Source of the DNA: Octopus bimaculoides | Lineage: Eukaryota | Direction of reading: 5' to 3' | Assembly: GCF_001194135.2 (NCBI RefSeq) | Contig: NC_068982.1 | Coordinates: 102,617,441-102,681,440, forward strand | DNA: 64,000 nt | In this document: positions 61,792 through 64,000 of the stretch, piece by piece | Position numbering within the stretch: the first letter of the stretch is position 1 | Layout: every line of letters begins with the position of its first letter | Notes under the pieces: model-generated | Database searches by the model: none | What the model saw: the letters and a program-made list of their open reading frames with translations, nothing else | Told to the model about the DNA's origin: nothing | Position numbers and translations under genes: made by a program

Positions 61792-61792
<1 letters not shown>
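61301..61792. mobile_element. AT-rich foldback/MITE-like element: ~190-bp inverted arms (61301-61492 and 61594-61792), ~100-bp spacer
   Basis: E.g. AGATATTATTCCATTCAAATAACCACATATTTATATTAAGA pairs perfectly with TCTTAATATAAATATGTGGTTATTTGAATGGAATAATATCT; arms roughly 85-90% complementary by eye. Confidence 0.88.
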
Positions 61793-61852
<60 letters not shown>

Positions 61853-61988
61853 CGTGAGAGAGTTGGGGGTTGGGGGTTCAACCCACTAAGGGATAGTATC
61901 TATCCAGGAAACTGCTGGGAGGGTACCCAATTATTGCTACACTAGTGCTATACTAGGTGCAATCAATGGGAGCGGGTAAAAGTGGAGG

Positions 61989-62032
<44 letters not shown>

Positions 62033-62275
62033 GCAATCCAAACATGAACATATATACATATATACATACATACATGTATACATGTGTGCATGGATGGATG
62101 TTTGGATGTATGCATGCATGTATGTTTGTGTGTGTATGCATGTGTGTATGTACGTATGAATTGCTTTAATTGTACTAGACTTGAAAGCCTCTATGTCTTT
62201 TCCGTGACCGCTAGAGTGCTGCCATACAGCATGATCATTTAAAATACACTTGCTAGAGGATACTAGATTAATATA

Positions 62276-62331
<56 letters not shown>

Positions 62332-62560
62332 TGCGCGCGCGTGTGTGTGTACATACATATAGATGCATAAATATGAGTGCATTCAAACAGACAGACAAGC
62401 GGTGACCCAACAGGCAGAAAGTCAGATAGGTAGAGAGACATGGTAACTGAGAAAACTTGTACAAGAAATATGTACGTTATGTCTAGGAAATATTTATTCA
62501 CACCACTAATATTATGTGTCTGAGTGTGCGTCTGTATGTATCTTTCTATATGAATGTATG

Positions 62561-62768
62561 AAGGCGCAATGGCCCAGTGGTTAGGGCAGCGGACTCGCGG
62601 TCATAGGATCGCGGTTTCGATTCCCAGACCGGGCGTTGTGAGTGTTTATTGAACGAAAACACCTAAAGCTCCACGAGGCTCCGGCAGGGAATGGTGGCGA
62701 ACCCTGCTGTACTCTTCCATCACAACTTTCTCTCACTCTTACTTCCTGTTTCTGTTGTGCCTGTAATT
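62561..62768 (+). mobile_element. SINE family A, 5' half (runs into gap)
   Basis: Nearly identical to 56347-56555. Confidence 0.95.
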
Positions 62769-63944
62769 NNNNNNNNNNNNNNNNNNNNNNNNNNNNNNNN
62801 NNNNNNNNNNNNNNNNNNNNNNNNNNNNNNNNNNNNNNNNNNNNNNNNNNNNNNNNNNNNNNNNNNNNNNNNNNNNNNNNNNNNNNNNNNNNNNNNNNNN
62901 NNNNNNNNNNNNNNNNNNNNNNNNNNNNNNNNNNNNNNNNNNNNNNNNNNNNNNNNNNNNNNNNNNNNNNNNNNNNNNNNNNNNNNNNNNNNNNNNNNNN
63001 NNNNNNNNNNNNNNNNNNNNNNNNNNNNNNNNNNNNNNNNNNNNNNNNNNNNNNNNNNNNNNNNNNNNNNNNNNNNNNNNNNNNNNNNNNNNNNNNNNNN
63101 NNNNNNNNNNNNNNNNNNNNNNNNNNNNNNNNNNNNNNNNNNNNNNNNNNNNNNNNNNNNNNNNNNNNNNNNNNNNNNNNNNNNNNNNNNNNNNNNNNNN
63201 NNNNNNNNNNNNNNNNNNNNNNNNNNNNNNNNNNNNNNNNNNNNNNNNNGTGTGCGAATCTGTGTGTGCGCCATTACTTTTTGAATATGTGTCTTTGTAG
63301 ATGCACACAGCCAAGTGTGTGTGTATATATACATTTAAAGAATCTTTGGAAAATCTCTGAAACATCGTATGTAAGTGAATGTATATGTATGCATTTTAAT
63401 ATAAATAGCAATTTCTCTATTTTCGAATGTTTAATCGTTTTCCTTCATTACATTTCGTTGTACTATCATTCTATATATAAATCTTGTTCATTGGTATCTA
63501 CTAAAATGCTTATCATGAAGTTTCATCTAATTCCATTATATTATAAAATGTTTATTTCCACTTTCTCTAATTAAATACAGAACAAGCTAAATTAGAAAGA
63601 AACAATTTCAGTTAAATCCTCACGGTAGGTGTTTTTATGATCTGAAAACATCAACTGAAAGAGATTACTTCAATAATAGCTGCTAATGTAACTGTTGAAG
63701 GCGACAAGCAAGTTTCCCTCTTATTTGGCCTTCTCGGTGAAACATTATTTAATGAGTTGACATGACTATAAAGTTATCAGTATATATAAAAATAGATGGA
63801 ATTTAAAGCCGGGATTATGAACATCAATAATACGACCAACTAGAATGTTTTGTTGTGGAGGGGTTTATAAGGTCATTTTCCTTCATACTTCTTCTTTTAA
63901 TATTCATAATCAGTATCTCCCTAACTTTATTCTTTACTCTTTAT

Positions 63945-63948
<4 letters not shown>

Positions 63949-64000
<52 letters not shown>
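63949..64000. repeat. (CT)n microsatellite
   Basis: Directly visible. Confidence 0.97.

Larger units (their letters stand above)
3256..63249. other. 19 assembly gaps (N runs), most adjoining (AT)n or other microsatellites, or lying inside TEs
   Basis: N tracts at e.g. 3256, 4339, 6503, 8417, 24506, 32858, 38854, 52587, 55260, 59038 and 62769; typical of a short-read scaffold. Confidence 0.98.

Noticed and set aside
5229-62768. tRNA genes at SINE heads (e.g. 6255-6330, 56345-56415)
   Set aside because: A/B boxes are present but acceptor and anticodon stems are incomplete, and each continues into a SINE body.
3147-63574. Long ORFs in the track that span N gaps or (AT)n/(GT)n/(CT)n tracts (YIYI, CVCV, HTHT, ERER)
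   Set aside because: Artefacts of gaps and microsatellites, with no domain content.

Overview
AT-rich, microsatellite-dense eukaryotic non-coding DNA with 19 assembly gaps, many of them next to (AT)n tracts. The SINE families and simple-repeat load suggest an octopus (coleoid cephalopod) genome; this is an inference from recognition, not a database result. No host protein-coding exon, true tRNA or rRNA gene could be supported. Almost all explainable structure is transposon-derived: (i) four tRNA-derived SINE families, labelled A-D here, with several young family A copies bearing target-site duplications (TSDs); (ii) two Penelope-like elements (PLEs), one GIY-YIG-only fragment and one RT+GIY-YIG pseudogene; (iii) RTE-clade LINE fragments, one with a 5' inversion; (iv) the 3' end of an R4/Dong-like restriction-like-endonuclease (RLE) retrotransposon at an (AAT)n insertion hotspot; (v) mariner and Tc1 relics, two of them inserted in the internal TA tract of a SINE; (vi) two foldback elements. 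The most interesting signal is a set of minimal type-I hammerhead ribozyme motifs. One intact motif (6092-6137, minus strand) lies inside a ~300-bp element that begins with a tRNA-type Pol III promoter and has an inverted sister copy. This suggests a Pol III-transcribed, ribozyme-processed, possibly PLE-mobilised SINE-like element.
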